Below are positions 1 through 11,571 of a DNA stretch of 64,000 nt, piece by piece; within the stretch, counting starts at the first letter, position 1, and each line of letters starts with the position of its first letter. Position numbers and translations under genes: made by a program. The notes below the pieces were generated by a model, which was given only the letters and a program-made list of their open reading frames with translations, was not told the origin of the DNA and made no database searches. This DNA comes from Blepharisma stoltei ATCC 30299 (Eukaryota; Protista; Ciliophora), in assembly GCA_965603825.1 (NCBI GenBank), contig CBFDEM010000025.1, forward strand, positions 248,001 to 312,000. Reading direction: 5' to 3'.

Positions 1-91
1 TAATCTTTGGATTACTTGCTAATAGAGGACAAATCACTGAAGGCAATACTTTATTACCGATTTCGACTGGTCTAATAGCCTCTTCGAACAT
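1..91 (-). CDS. Possible 5' end of a gene running off the left edge (MFEEAIRPVEIGNKVLPSVICPLLASNPKI...)
   Basis: ATG at 91 preceded by AT-rich sequence; frame open to the window edge; too short to identify. Confidence 0.35.
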   Translation of the reverse strand, partial: MFEEAIRPVEIGNKVLPSVICPLLASNPKI

Positions 92-2093
92 GTTTTTGCT
101 TTTAATATTAGTTTAAATCTCTTATAAAATTAGTGGACACCAGGTTTTCATATTGTTCGCATCATTTCCCTATTAAAAATACAAAAATTATTTTGTTAGG
201 TGAAGATATAAAGCTGAAATGCTTTCATTCTCTCTATTTCGTAAACTATCGCTATTTATTGTCTACACGTAAGTGGCGACTAAATTAAGCATTATAAGAA
301 AGTTTAATATTTATTTAATTTCTTAAAAAATGTTCAAAATCAACTCAGCGCTAAGAGTATAAATTTATGTCAACAAATAGAGGCTGATTTCTCTAAAATT
401 GGATTCTTTTAAGGATATTATAAGATTTTGTTTTACTTTATAACGTGCATGCCTAACCCAGATAGTCCACCATTTAAGCTGAGGACAAGCATCTGCAGCT
501 TACAAATTCTCTGAAGAATTATAGAGATGCAAATTAACTAAATTTTGAGAGATTAACTTAGCTTTTCATAAGTCTTATGCATACAAATCGTTTCGGCTTG
601 GCTATGCAAGCCACGAAACAATCATAAAAGATCAGTAATCTTTAATGACAAATTAGCACAACAAACTGGAAGGAGAGAACTGTCACTGATTGGCTTGTGC
701 GCAAAGATTTTTTCAGGTTCTAAAACATGCTCGGCAATCCTCTTGGTTAGACAAAAAATTATGAGGCGTAAATTTGTTTTAATCAATAATGCCAATTTTT
801 GAATTAATATGCACTGCAATTAATCTCAACGAATTTCAGTTCTAATTAATAAAATTTGTATCAGCATTTTTATTTTATGTGGAATTAAATTTTTCTGATG
901 CTTTTTTATTTCAGAAACTGATTTTAATTTTTTTTAATTCAGTAATAATTAAGATCTGACAATTATTTTATTGTCAGCTATATTTATAGTGGTAATTTTC
1001 TGATTAAAATTTGTTAAGATTATTCTTACTGATAAGTATTTCATCTATTAGCATATGGTGAATATTATTGAATTATCTGAAAAAGAGGGTTGATAAACTA
1101 ATTATAGTTAAAAAATTGAATTTAATTTGATATTGAGCTTTTTGCAAAGAAGAAAATATTACAAAAATTGATGCAATTTTATAAAAGACCTTGAATTTTA
1201 AAAGTATAAGAATGGACGATAAATAATAATAAAAATGGATTCGAAGATAAATGGATTTTATTTAACTCTCGATGATCTAAGAGCTAGCTTATTCATAAAA
1301 AAAAATTAACTAAAATTAATTATATATTTAAGAGTTGATGATATAAATCCACGAAAAGTTTTAAAAGATTCAGAAATTAATTCATTAAGATTATAAACAA
1401 GATTTAATATAAAGAAAGCAACTTATATGTAATAGTTTTGATGATATTGAGTAATCTTTTAATTACATTATAATACATAATTATGAAAACTCAGAGAACT
1501 CCATTTACATTAATTATAATTCTGAAAGCTAAAATAAAAAACAATAAAATTCCATATCTTTTGCTTTTGCACCATTCAAAATGATTATAAGCCGAATTAA
1601 AATCTGCATGCCTATAAGGAGATGCTTATGAGCTTAATTCTAAGTAAATATATAAGCTATTTACTGCCATAATTTTTCACACCAGATGAACGTAATCATA
1701 GGAAATTTCGTAATATTTTATATCCAAAATTTGTGTTTACATAAATATAAATAATCATAGAACTTTATCCTTATATAGGCATCATGGCAAGGCGTAAAAA
1801 AGTCAAGAATTTTATATAAATTATTAAATATTTATATATATCCTTTAATTCAACCTTCCCGATTTATGGAACATATCTCAAAAGCTAAACTTCGCTTTTA
1901 AAATATAATCTTTCAAATGATTCACAAACTGGGTTTTGCCTGATAAATAGGCTATTATCCTCCCCCCTAATCAAATAATAAAATAAGCCTAAAAACCCCA
2001 TATAATACAGCTAGTCGATTCAAATTCATTATGACTATATTTTATTCATTTATTTACTTTGAATTAATATTTTCTTAAACAACTTCGGTTAAA

Positions 2094-3353
2094 ATGTCTG
2101 AAGATAGTCAATTATGCTCCCAAATTGACAGTATATTAGCTCGTCTTGATCGCAGGATGGAAGAAGCTAAAACAGTGTCACCATTCAAGGAGAATCCCAG
2201 TATTCCTGACTTTTCCAGCAGAATTCCACTCAATTCTAGACAGAACAATCGAGCATCAAATAATGAAATGCCCCTGAAAAAACCTTTCAATTACCAAGAA
2301 CAAAGGCCAAAATCAGGTGCTGAGAATGAAACAGCACAAGAAAAGGCTCAAAAAATAGGAGAAACATTTTTTAACAGTCTAGGAAAGCTTTTAAATCGCC
2401 AAGCAAATGCAGAGCCTGAGCAATCATCAGGAACTTTTAAAATTCCTGAGCATCATCGATTAGAATCCTTTGGAAAAGAAACGTATGTCCAAGAAGTTAA
2501 GCTGAATGAAGCTATACAAATGCAATCGCAGCACCAAAAGCATCCTTCATTTGGAGGAAATAAGCCTAAACTAGCAGATAGTTACTCTAAATCTTCATCA
2601 AAATCTCCATTGAGAGATAAATCGCCGCTTAAAGAAAGCAGCTCATCATTTCAGCCACAATTAAGCAAAAAGTCAATGGTTATTGCCAAAAAGCTTGGCA
2701 GTGCAAAAGAAAGACTTTTAACTCAGCCAGCCCGTGAGGCCACAAATAATACAGAATCACTTACTTTTAAGCCTGAAATCAACAAAAAATCAGCGAAAAT
2801 TGCTAACAAGTTGACAACTCCTTCAAAGCAAAATCGTTGGGAAGCTTTATATCTCCAAGGTCACGAGCAAAAAATAAAGCTTGAAAAAATACGAAAAGAA
2901 GCAGAAGAGTCCAAAAAAGAAGACAAAGAATGCACTTTTAAGCCTTCAATTACCCCAACAAAAGAAAGACCTGACAAATCAAGCACAATTGACAGACTTT
3001 TAAGCTGGGGGAAAGTAAAAGAACAGAAAATAAAACAAAAAAGAGATGATGATCTTGAAAAAGATTTAGAAGGGTGCACTTTTACACCACAAATAAATGA
3101 TTTAAAATATTTTATAGAAGAAGACATATCGTCGCTAAGAGGGGTTTCTAAATTCCTTGATAGACAGCATGCTGCTAGGAGGCTAAAAGAAGAGAAGTTT
3201 GGTCCAACACCAATAAAAGAAGAATTAAGCTCAGAGCAGACTTCTGAAGGGGTTAGTCAATATAACTCTACGACATCGAAAGACATTACGATGCAAGAGT
3301 TTGCAGAAGCAATTGAGTCGCTACATGATGAGTTGCACTCTTTTCAAATCTAA
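2094..3353 (+). CDS. Hypothetical Ser/Lys-rich protein with repeated (C/L)TFxP motifs and coiled coils
   Basis: 419-aa ORF, ATG..TAA; SFQPQL, LTFKPEI, CTFKPSI, CTFTPQI repeats. Confidence 0.85.
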   Translation: MSEDSQLCSQIDSILARLDRRMEEAKTVSPFKENPSIPDFSSRIPLNSRQNNRASNNEMPLKKPFNYQEQRPKSGAENETAQEKAQKIGETFFNSLGKLLNRQANAEPEQSSGTFKIPEHHRLESFGKETYVQEVKLNEAIQMQSQHQKHPSFGGNKPKLADSYSKSSSKSPLRDKSPLKESSSSFQPQLSKKSMVIAKKLGSAKERLLTQPAREATNNTESLTFKPEINKKSAKIANKLTTPSKQNRWEALYLQGHEQKIKLEKIRKEAEESKKEDKECTFKPSITPTKERPDKSSTIDRLLSWGKVKEQKIKQKRDDDLEKDLEGCTFTPQINDLKYFIEEDISSLRGVSKFLDRQHAARRLKEEKFGPTPIKEELSSEQTSEGVSQYNSTTSKDITMQEFAEAIESLHDELHSFQI

Positions 3354-3713
3354 TCAGTGTTAAGACTAATCTTAAATGTTTATAATGCTTTACGTGGAAA
3401 AATAGGAAACTAATATTATGCCCAATTAAGATGCAAAAAATGAAGCTATTTTGAATATATTAAATTCTCAGTTCATTAATATAGGTATAAGAATATGGTG
3501 AAAATAATCATCTTCACTTTTAAATTTTATCAAAAAAAACGCCAATAAAAATTATAAAGCAGCAATTAAAACAATAATTTCTATTTAGTTTAATAACTCG
3601 TAAATTGTGATTTTCCCTGTCATATTTACTTTTCAATTTAGCCAACGGATTATTGAGAGTTTTTAAAATTCCCCAGAAAATCAGTGAAAATAAATCGTAA
3701 TAAACTAATAGAA

Positions 3714-5279
3714 ATGAATAGTTCCATGCAATCTCCTCACACACGAATTTCAAAGCAAAAGGTATTATTACCTGGAGCTACCCTGAGGAAAAGCTTAATG
3801 CCCATAAGTACCAAAGCAAAAAACCCAACCTCAAGATCCACGATTGCTAGCGACATGCCTACGCCAAAGCAACAAACTCCTACAAGTAGAAAGCAAGAAC
3901 AGTTTTTTGCTGACAAGGTTTCGCCTAATAGTACATTAAACTCCTCAAATATTTCAACTTTTAAGTTGAATGGCTCTTTTAATAGAAGTTATGGAAATTT
4001 GAGCAGAGATGAAGTAAGAACTGCAAAGCCAAGCCCAAGGGCTGGAGCAATAATAAGACAAAAATCCCTAGGGCAATCAGAGATTACACCTGATGAATTA
4101 ATGGCAACTTTGCAACTTCCTTTAACGCCTGCACAAATCTTGAAAAATTTTTCTAATTTTATGACAAAGTACGAACAAGGGGAAATTTTGGATTATCCTG
4201 AAATTTATTATTTAGGACTAAAAGCAAAAAAAACAAAGCCTAACCCTGCTGGGAATAATTTAGGCTTTGATGACGACAGATCTGATTACATTCAAGTAAT
4301 TGGAGACCAAATAGCTTATAGATATGAAATTATACAGGTCCTGGGCAAGGGGTCTTTTGGACAAGTGCTGAAATGTTTGGATCATAAATCCAAAGATTTT
4401 GTAGCTTTAAAAATTATTAGAAACCAGAGAAGATTCCACCGCCAGGGTAGAGTCGAAATTAAAGTGCTGAACCATATAAGGACTCACGATAAAGAAGGCT
4501 TATCACATTCTGTAATAATGCACGACTACTTTCTATTCCGCAAGCATATTTGCATTACTTTTGAGCTCCTAAATATGAACCTGTACGAACTCCTAAAAAA
4601 CAATAAATTTTCTGGCTTTTCTTTGTCTTTAGTCAAAAGATTTTGCATCCAGCTGCTTCAATGCTTAGCATTTACTGCAGAGCATAGAATAATCCATTGT
4701 GATTTAAAACCAGAAAATATCCTGCTAAAGCACCCAAATAAGTCAAGCATCAAAGTGATAGACTTTGGGTCATCATGCTTTGACGATGAAAAACTGTATA
4801 CTTATATACAAAGCAGATTTTATAGAGCGCCTGATATTATTTTAGGGCTCCCTTATACGACTGCAATTGATATGTGGTCACTCGGGTGCATTGCTGCAGA
4901 ACTTCATGCAGGGTATCCTTTGTTTGCTGGAGAATCAGAAGCAGAGCAGCTGCTGTGTATTATGGAGATTAAAGGAATACCTCCAGATTCAATATTAGAA
5001 AGAGCGACAAGAAGATCATTGTTTTTTGAAGAAGATGGAACACCGAAAATAGTGGCGAATAGTAGAGGAAAAAAGAGATTTCCTGGGACGAGAACTTTGA
5101 ATGAAAAAGCAAAATCGTCAGATCAAGAATTTCTTAGCTTTATTCAGCTTTGTTTGGATTGGAATCCTGATACAAGAATGACACCTCAAGAAGCGTTGTC
5201 ACATCCTTGGATTCTGGAAGCTGATAAACCCAAGTCAAGAATCAGCAGTTCAACTGGCTCAAGAGGAGATGGAAGTTAA
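3714..5279 (+). CDS. DYRK-family dual-specificity protein kinase (class 2-like)
   Basis: DH-box (GFDDDRSDY), GKGSFG, ALK, HCDLKPEN, DFGSS, YTYIQSRFYR; first ATG at 3714 (track starts at a GTG). Confidence 0.95.
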   Translation: MNSSMQSPHTRISKQKVLLPGATLRKSLMPISTKAKNPTSRSTIASDMPTPKQQTPTSRKQEQFFADKVSPNSTLNSSNISTFKLNGSFNRSYGNLSRDEVRTAKPSPRAGAIIRQKSLGQSEITPDELMATLQLPLTPAQILKNFSNFMTKYEQGEILDYPEIYYLGLKAKKTKPNPAGNNLGFDDDRSDYIQVIGDQIAYRYEIIQVLGKGSFGQVLKCLDHKSKDFVALKIIRNQRRFHRQGRVEIKVLNHIRTHDKEGLSHSVIMHDYFLFRKHICITFELLNMNLYELLKNNKFSGFSLSLVKRFCIQLLQCLAFTAEHRIIHCDLKPENILLKHPNKSSIKVIDFGSSCFDDEKLYTYIQSRFYRAPDIILGLPYTTAIDMWSLGCIAAELHAGYPLFAGESEAEQLLCIMEIKGIPPDSILERATRRSLFFEEDGTPKIVANSRGKKRFPGTRTLNEKAKSSDQEFLSFIQLCLDWNPDTRMTPQEALSHPWILEADKPKSRISSSTGSRGDGS

Positions 5280-5462
5280 GTAAATTTAGTATAAAAATTG
5301 TTACTCAATTCAAAAATTCGGTTTAAAAAAATAAAACTTCTCTATTGGTGAAATTCTATAAAATAGAATATTTTATGCACACTAATTATTAGTTTTTGCA
5401 TAAATAATTTCGAAAAAATACCCTATAATAAGAATATAGATGATACATTTTTGAAATAAAAT

Positions 5463-7466
5463 CTAATTTCTATTTGTATTAATTCTAAAAACTTTTTTGC
5501 CTCGGGCTTTAAAGCTCGCACCATCAAACACCTGCTTTCCTCTTATGTACACACTATGGATCCTTCCTTGGAGATTTTGAGAAAGAAATGGAGACATCTC
5601 TTTCCTCTCTGAATAAATATCTGATACATAAACTCTTTCATATGGTGCTCATATTACCAAATCAGCATACTTTCCTTTTTCAATTGATCCTCTTTTGTCT
5701 TGAAGGCCTAAAATTTTAGAAGGATGCAAGGAAAGCCACTTTGACATTCTAACTATATAATGCTCTAATTGCATATGGCTACTAACTGGAACGTTTAGCA
5801 TTGTCCATATAGCTTGCAAAGTGAACCCCATCGTACAAATTCCATTCAAAGCCTTTTGGAAGTTTCCTGTGTCAATTGATTTTAAAGATGGCTCAATAAA
5901 AGCATGCTGTGATGTTATGCAATCTATAGCCTTCATTTTCAGCAAATCTCACAATAAGTTGCAATTTCCTGTGTTTCTAATTGGGGGTGTATTTTTAAAT
6001 ATCGTTTTTCCATCTCCTACAGAATTGCTATTAAAATAAAGCTGGCTTGCAGGAATCTCGCATGTTAGACATGGAAAATGGTCTCTTGCCTGCCTAATTT
6101 TATTAATAGCAGCTGCAGATGAAATGTTTACAACATGAATTGAAACATTTCTTCTAAGACTGTGTATAAGTTTTTCTACACCTGAAATTTCTCAATAATC
6201 TGGATAATTTGCAAGATGGTACACATAACTTCTTTCTTTATTATTGGCTTGAGCAGCTTTTTCTATTTTAATAGGAATAGGCCGCTTGTTGATCATCCTT
6301 CTCTCATAAAGTCCAGTTGGTGTTGGGGTAGAAATAACATTTCCAGCATCACTAGAGTCGCTATCTGACTGATATCCACATTCTGTCTGGCCAAGTGATA
6401 AGCTTTTTCTTCTTGAAAATTGAGTCAGACCAGAGTCACTATATGTGCATTGCTCTGCTAAGCTTAGACATTCTATATTCTGCTGACATTCCCTTATCCT
6501 TCTATCTAAATCATCAAAAATTGTGTATACAGACTTCGATTTATGCATTTTTCTATGCTTCTTTTTTTTAGCAGGACTTTGCTCTTCTTCTTCCTCAGTA
6601 ATTTCAGGACACACCAAATGCGAAGCATTTTTTTGAAAATTCATCTCAAAGTCAAATATTTCTCCAGAATGTGATCTGTCTTTTGCAAAAGAGCCATTAG
6701 GTTTATCTTGTTCTTCATGAAATGACATTCATTTTGATCTATCATTCGGAGAGTCCTCAGAAAAGTCTTCGTCTTCATCCTCTCCTTCGCTTTCAATCGC
6801 ATTTGAAAACGCTCCTGCAAATACATTTAAATTTAAATTTTCTGATGTCTTCTTGTCATTTCTGGTTTCCAAAGATTCCATTCTCATCGGAGAAGCCATA
6901 TAAAGCATTCTTGGGTCTGGTAGCGTAGGATCAATAAGCATTGGTAGGCCAACTTTTTCTAGATTAGAAAACACTGCCGTTAAATTATGAGGTAAAGCTT
7001 GCACAGAGCTGCTTGGAGGGTAAAAATATCCTTTGAAAGCTAAGCAGCCTTTTGAAGCTTCAATTTCCATTGAATGCACATTTGTCCGATCAACAAGTGC
7101 GATTTTACCTAAATCACAAAAGAGTTCTCCGTTTGGAGGATTATCTGTGTAATAACCATCTTCTTCAGCAATCAAAGTGACACCGCCCGCAACTGCTGCC
7201 TTAGTCAGATATGTGTAATTTTCAAATTCCCTTCTAACATTTAAGTCAATTAGCCCAGGAGAGACATATAAATTTGAACAATCCTGAGGATTTCATTCTG
7301 AGTATTTTTCGAGAACAGCAGAAACAGGGATATTGTCATCTAAAAACACCACATCATGGATTGTGTCCCCATCTATGAGGATTATTCCATATACTGGATG
7401 GTGAGAGTAATTTTGTGTAAAACTACATAAAACAATGTGCTTGCTGATTATGGCTTTTTTTCCCAT
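5463..7466 (-). CDS. Allantoinase/dihydroorotase-like amidohydrolase-fold protein, 667 aa, probably inactive, with large low-complexity insertion
   Basis: One continuous frame with TGA=Trp; PGLID, AAVAGGVT, FKNTPPIR, RGSIEKGKYADLVIW motifs. Confidence 0.85.
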
Positions 7467-7848
7467 TATTATAATGATTTTAAATTAATGATAAAAATTA
7501 AGTTCCATATTTTCCAAAATAATATGTGCATCTAATATTAAAGGATACCACTGATAATTAAACCAGTAAACATTATGGGAATTTTCCTAATTTTTCGTTT
7601 AAAAATATTAGGAAAGACTTGGAGTTAATAAATCCAAATTTTGGTATAAAAATAGAATAATTATTTTTTATTTTTATAAAAATCTTGTGATATCCTTTGA
7701 AATTATTAACTTTTATTTCTTTTAAATTTTTCGGAAAGTTTATATATATTTATTAGATTAGACCCATTTTAATAATCTATTGCGTTAGCAACGGTATGTT
7801 GTGATACTAAAATATTTTAAGATTCAAAATGGGCGGCAACTTATAAAT

Positions 7849-8229
7849 ATGAAACCAAAGACCGGTGATAAGAAGGACACAAAAAACGAAAAAGCAGCAG
7901 CAAAAGACATAGGTGAAACTCAAGCTCAAAAGAAATCAAGCAGGCCAAAATCAAATAGCTTTGTTATATACATTCACCGTCTTTTAAAGCAGGTTCATCC
8001 AGATCTCAGTATCTCTAAAAAATCAATGAATATTATGAGTTCCTTTGTCAATGACTTGTTTGAGAGACTATCAACCGAATCCGCTAATGTTTCGAAATAC
8101 AGCGGTAAAAAGACTCTGACAAGTAAGGAAGTTCTCACTAGCATCAAACTCCTATTTCCAGGAGAGATAGGAGTTCACGCAATGACGGAAGCGGAAAAAG
8201 CAATCAATAAATACTCAAGTAGTGAATAA
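7849..8229 (+). CDS. H2B: Histone H2B, divergent variant
   Basis: IYIHRLLKQVHPD..IS..MxIMxSFVNDLFER..LLFPGE..HA..E..KA..KY histone fold. Confidence 0.93.
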   Translation: MKPKTGDKKDTKNEKAAAKDIGETQAQKKSSRPKSNSFVIYIHRLLKQVHPDLSISKKSMNIMSSFVNDLFERLSTESANVSKYSGKKTLTSKEVLTSIKLLFPGEIGVHAMTEAEKAINKYSSSE

Positions 8230-8279
8230 ACTTAATATGTAGTTAAAAGGTTTTCAAAATTAAAATTTAATGAAGTTGT

Positions 8280-8882
8280 CTAATTAATATTTTTTAAAGG
8301 CTTGTTCAATACCTTGCTGTCATTTAAGGACTCCAAAATGCACTGCGTAATAATTTTGTTAAACTGTCTTGCCTTCAACACGAAAAAGCCTTCTAAGAAA
8401 GCAACAATAAAAAGATAGCTCATCATCCACCCTATAGTTTCAATCATACTTAGTCCATACTCTTTTTCCCAATGGTTTTTATATGAATCAAAGTTTGCGA
8501 AATAGCTAAATATCAAATAAACAATATAAATCGCTGAGCATCCTAATAAAGCTTTAGCAAATCTTTTAGAAGTTCCTCTAGATTGAACTTTAACAGCCTG
8601 AAATCCGCCGTAGGCCACTACAAGCCATAAAAGTGATATTATCAGGCTTAAAATCCAATCAATAAGAACTGGAATGTTTGATGTGTCAACGTCTTGGCTG
8701 ATTGCAATTCGGTAGATTCCAAGTATGAAGCCAATTCCAAAATAAGCACAGATAAATATTGAAAGAAGCCTCAGGATACTTATGAAGTTTTTGATGTGAA
8801 GCTTATAGATTTCACCAATCAGTTTATTGTCACCTTTGTCTTGGATTCTATAATAGCTTACAGTAGCTCCGCTGCCAAACAT
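8280..8882 (-). CDS. Hypothetical membrane protein, about 4 TM helices
   Basis: 200-aa ORF with four hydrophobic segments. Confidence 0.8.
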   Translation of the reverse strand: MFGSGATVSYYRIQDKGDNKLIGEIYKLHIKNFISILRLLSIFICAYFGIGFILGIYRIAISQDVDTSNIPVLIDWILSLIISLLWLVVAYGGFQAVKVQSRGTSKRFAKALLGCSAIYIVYLIFSYFANFDSYKNHWEKEYGLSMIETIGWMMSYLFIVAFLEGFFVLKARQFNKIITQCILESLNDSKVLNKPLKNIN

Positions 8883-8992
8883 CTGATGAAATATATTAAA
8901 GCATTAAAATGAATAATTTTCGGAAGAAGAATATCATCAACAGAACAAAATATATATAAAATATCTAAATAATCTTTATCTACTAAAATCTA

Positions 8993-9715
8993 TTATGCTT
9001 TTTTGAGATTTTTGATAACACCGACTTTTGCTGACCTTAAAACTCTCCCATTTATTGTGTAGCCTAATGAAACTACATTTCCTACAGACCCGTCTTGCTT
9101 TGCTGGATCCTCAAAGGTAAAAAGTGCTTCATGCAAGTTAGGATCAAATTTTTGGCCGAGTGGATCTACTTCTGCAATTAAGAATTTCTTATAAACATTC
9201 TTCATTATGTCTCTCGTCATTGACACTCCTTTAACTAAATCATCGAAGGCTTTAGAACAATCCTCAGGAGTCTTCATTTCTTTCGGAACATTATCGATAG
9301 CTCTTTGCAAATTGTCAGAGACGTCAAGCATTTCTTTTGCGAATTTGGTTATGGCGTAAGTCCTTTCGTTGTCGGCTTCTAATTGCAATCGTTTTCTCAT
9401 GTTTTCTTGCTCTGCAAGGGTTCTAATGTAGAGGTCTTTATATTTGTTTGCCTCTTCAGCCATCAATTGGAGCTTTGCATCAATGTCTTTTGTGGAATCT
9501 TTTTGAGTGGATTCAGGCCCAGCTTTTTCAGATTTTTCCTTTGGTGCTTCTGATTTGTTTTTAAGCTCTTCTCCATTCTTTTGCTCTTCTTTTGCTCTAG
9601 CTTGCTCTTCTCCAAAGAATCTCTGTGTGCGAGCGCCCATGAAATTTTGTCTGGTTGCGGATCTTAAGTGGCAAGAACGACTCAAAAGCTGAAAGATATT
9701 TCTTCGAGCTGCCAT
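8993..9715 (-). CDS. grpE: Mitochondrial GrpE nucleotide-exchange factor
   Basis: Arg-rich presequence; AEQENMRKR, DNLQRA, FDPNLHEA, GYTINGRVLRSAKV. Confidence 0.96.
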   Translation of the reverse strand: MAARRNIFQLLSRSCHLRSATRQNFMGARTQRFFGEEQARAKEEQKNGEELKNKSEAPKEKSEKAGPESTQKDSTKDIDAKLQLMAEEANKYKDLYIRTLAEQENMRKRLQLEADNERTYAITKFAKEMLDVSDNLQRAIDNVPKEMKTPEDCSKAFDDLVKGVSMTRDIMKNVYKKFLIAEVDPLGQKFDPNLHEALFTFEDPAKQDGSVGNVVSLGYTINGRVLRSAKVGVIKNLKKA

Positions 9716-10141
9716 TTCACCACAAATTTTATGAGTAAAGATGGATTTACTGAGATGATTCTAATTTTTCAAGACTTTTCATGATGAATTCTTAAAAAAA
9801 TTGCTTAAAAAATTGAGAGAACTCGAATTCTCTTTTACTATAAAAAGCGCAGTTTTACTATGAATCCATATAAAATTTTCTGATATATTAATTTTCACCC
9901 ATAAATAATGATCGCTATGTTGAATAGTGCTCTTTTGCATTTGTTAAATGATTAAGGCTTTTAAATAAATAATAATCTAAGCTTACCTAAGATTTTACGC
10001 ACACATTTTTATTGCTTGATGTTAGCAGGATATACTAAAGTTGTAAGATATATATAAATTCTGACAATATTAATTTAAGTGATAGCATTGCAATTAATTA
10101 TTCGAATCTGCTCAAGTATAATGGCATTTCATTATAAGTAA

Positions 10142-11515
10142 ATGAACTGTGAAACTTGCCGAACAAGCAAATGCTGTCCAGAGCACTGCTGTGATTGGGA
10201 TACGTGCAACTGTGGTGATTGTCCAGAATGTGGAGGCCCAGCCTTGCAGCCTGATTCCCAAAACTCACAAACTGATCCTTCAGTCACATCAGTCATCGAT
10301 GAAACTGTAAGGCCTCAGCCTGTAGCTTCAACAGCAAGCACAGCTGACACATCAAAGCCACTATTACTATTTGATATGCCTCTTGATGAATATATTTCAA
10401 TGAGAGTAAAAGAAAACCTTGCAAAAGAAAAAATAGAAGAGGATAGGCGTAAAAAAGAATATGATGAAAAAGCTCAGTTAGAAAGAGATCGGCACAATGC
10501 AGTTTTAGAATCATCCAGAGCTACAATTGAAAGAAATAAAGAGCTCTTAAAGAGTACACAGGACACACTTGATAAGCTAAAAAATACTATTGAAGGCTGC
10601 AAACAGACTGAACAAAGGTTTAAAGATTTTCAGGAGTCCTTTGGGAAGATCATGAGCGATGGCTTAGCAAAATGCTTTGGAAGCGGAGAAGATGTTGAAG
10701 AAATGAAAAAAGTGTACGGAGTCCCTCGGATTGCATCAATTGAAGAAGTGGCTTCGAATATAGCAGAAAAAAGAAATGTTGTAATTCTGACTGGAGCTGG
10801 GGTGTCTGCTGAAAGTGGGGTTTTTACATACAAAGATTCAGACGAAACCTGGGAAATTGATGGAAAAAGTTATACACACCAAGAAATCGCTAATATTGAT
10901 ATACTGCAAACTTACCCATTAGAATTTTGGCAGAATTTCCATTACAATAGAATGAGGATTTCTCACTGCAGTCCTAACCAAACACATTATGCAATTGCTG
11001 ATTTCTATAACTTTATGAGATATTCCGGAAGAAAAGTCACTATTATTACTCAAAACATTGATGGCTTTGACAGGGAAATTTTAGGCCCAGAAGCTGACTT
11101 GTGTGAAATCCATGGCAATCTACACTATATGCGCTGCATGTTTGAATGTTGTACAGAAATTTTCCCAGGTCCTCCAGTTGACGAAATGGTTGAAACAATC
11201 CCAATGTGTCCTGTTTGCCAAGCATTAGCAAGGCCAAATGTGCTGCTTTATGGAGAAGAGTACAATGAAGAGCAGTACAAGTCACAGACAGCACTTCGAG
11301 CAGTAGAAGAATGCGACTGCTTAATTGTCATGGGAACTCAGTTGCATTGTGGGCTTCCAAATAAAGCAGTAAAAGACACAGCCAAAGCGAACAAGTTAAT
11401 AGTAGAAATCAATATCGAGCCAGTTATAGAGTACGGCAACGTTTTAGTGCTTCCAGAAACATGTGGAGCTGTTTTTCCACCAATTGCTGGGATAGTGAGA
11501 GATAGTTTTAGATAG
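10142..11515 (+). CDS. Sir2/sirtuin NAD-dependent deacylase with Cys-rich N-terminus and coiled coil
   Basis: TGAGVSAESG, TQNIDG, EIHGNL, zinc Cys pairs, RPNVLLYGE, EIN motifs. Confidence 0.92.
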   Translation: MNCETCRTSKCCPEHCCDWDTCNCGDCPECGGPALQPDSQNSQTDPSVTSVIDETVRPQPVASTASTADTSKPLLLFDMPLDEYISMRVKENLAKEKIEEDRRKKEYDEKAQLERDRHNAVLESSRATIERNKELLKSTQDTLDKLKNTIEGCKQTEQRFKDFQESFGKIMSDGLAKCFGSGEDVEEMKKVYGVPRIASIEEVASNIAEKRNVVILTGAGVSAESGVFTYKDSDETWEIDGKSYTHQEIANIDILQTYPLEFWQNFHYNRMRISHCSPNQTHYAIADFYNFMRYSGRKVTIITQNIDGFDREILGPEADLCEIHGNLHYMRCMFECCTEIFPGPPVDEMVETIPMCPVCQALARPNVLLYGEEYNEEQYKSQTALRAVEECDCLIVMGTQLHCGLPNKAVKDTAKANKLIVEINIEPVIEYGNVLVLPETCGAVFPPIAGIVRDSFR

Positions 11516-11571
11516 ATGCCACTAATTATTAAATAAAATTCCATAATTTAAAATGCTTATTTATACCAAAA

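Noticed and set aside
622-819. 65-aa ORF
   Set aside because: Non-ATG start, no motifs, intergenic-like composition
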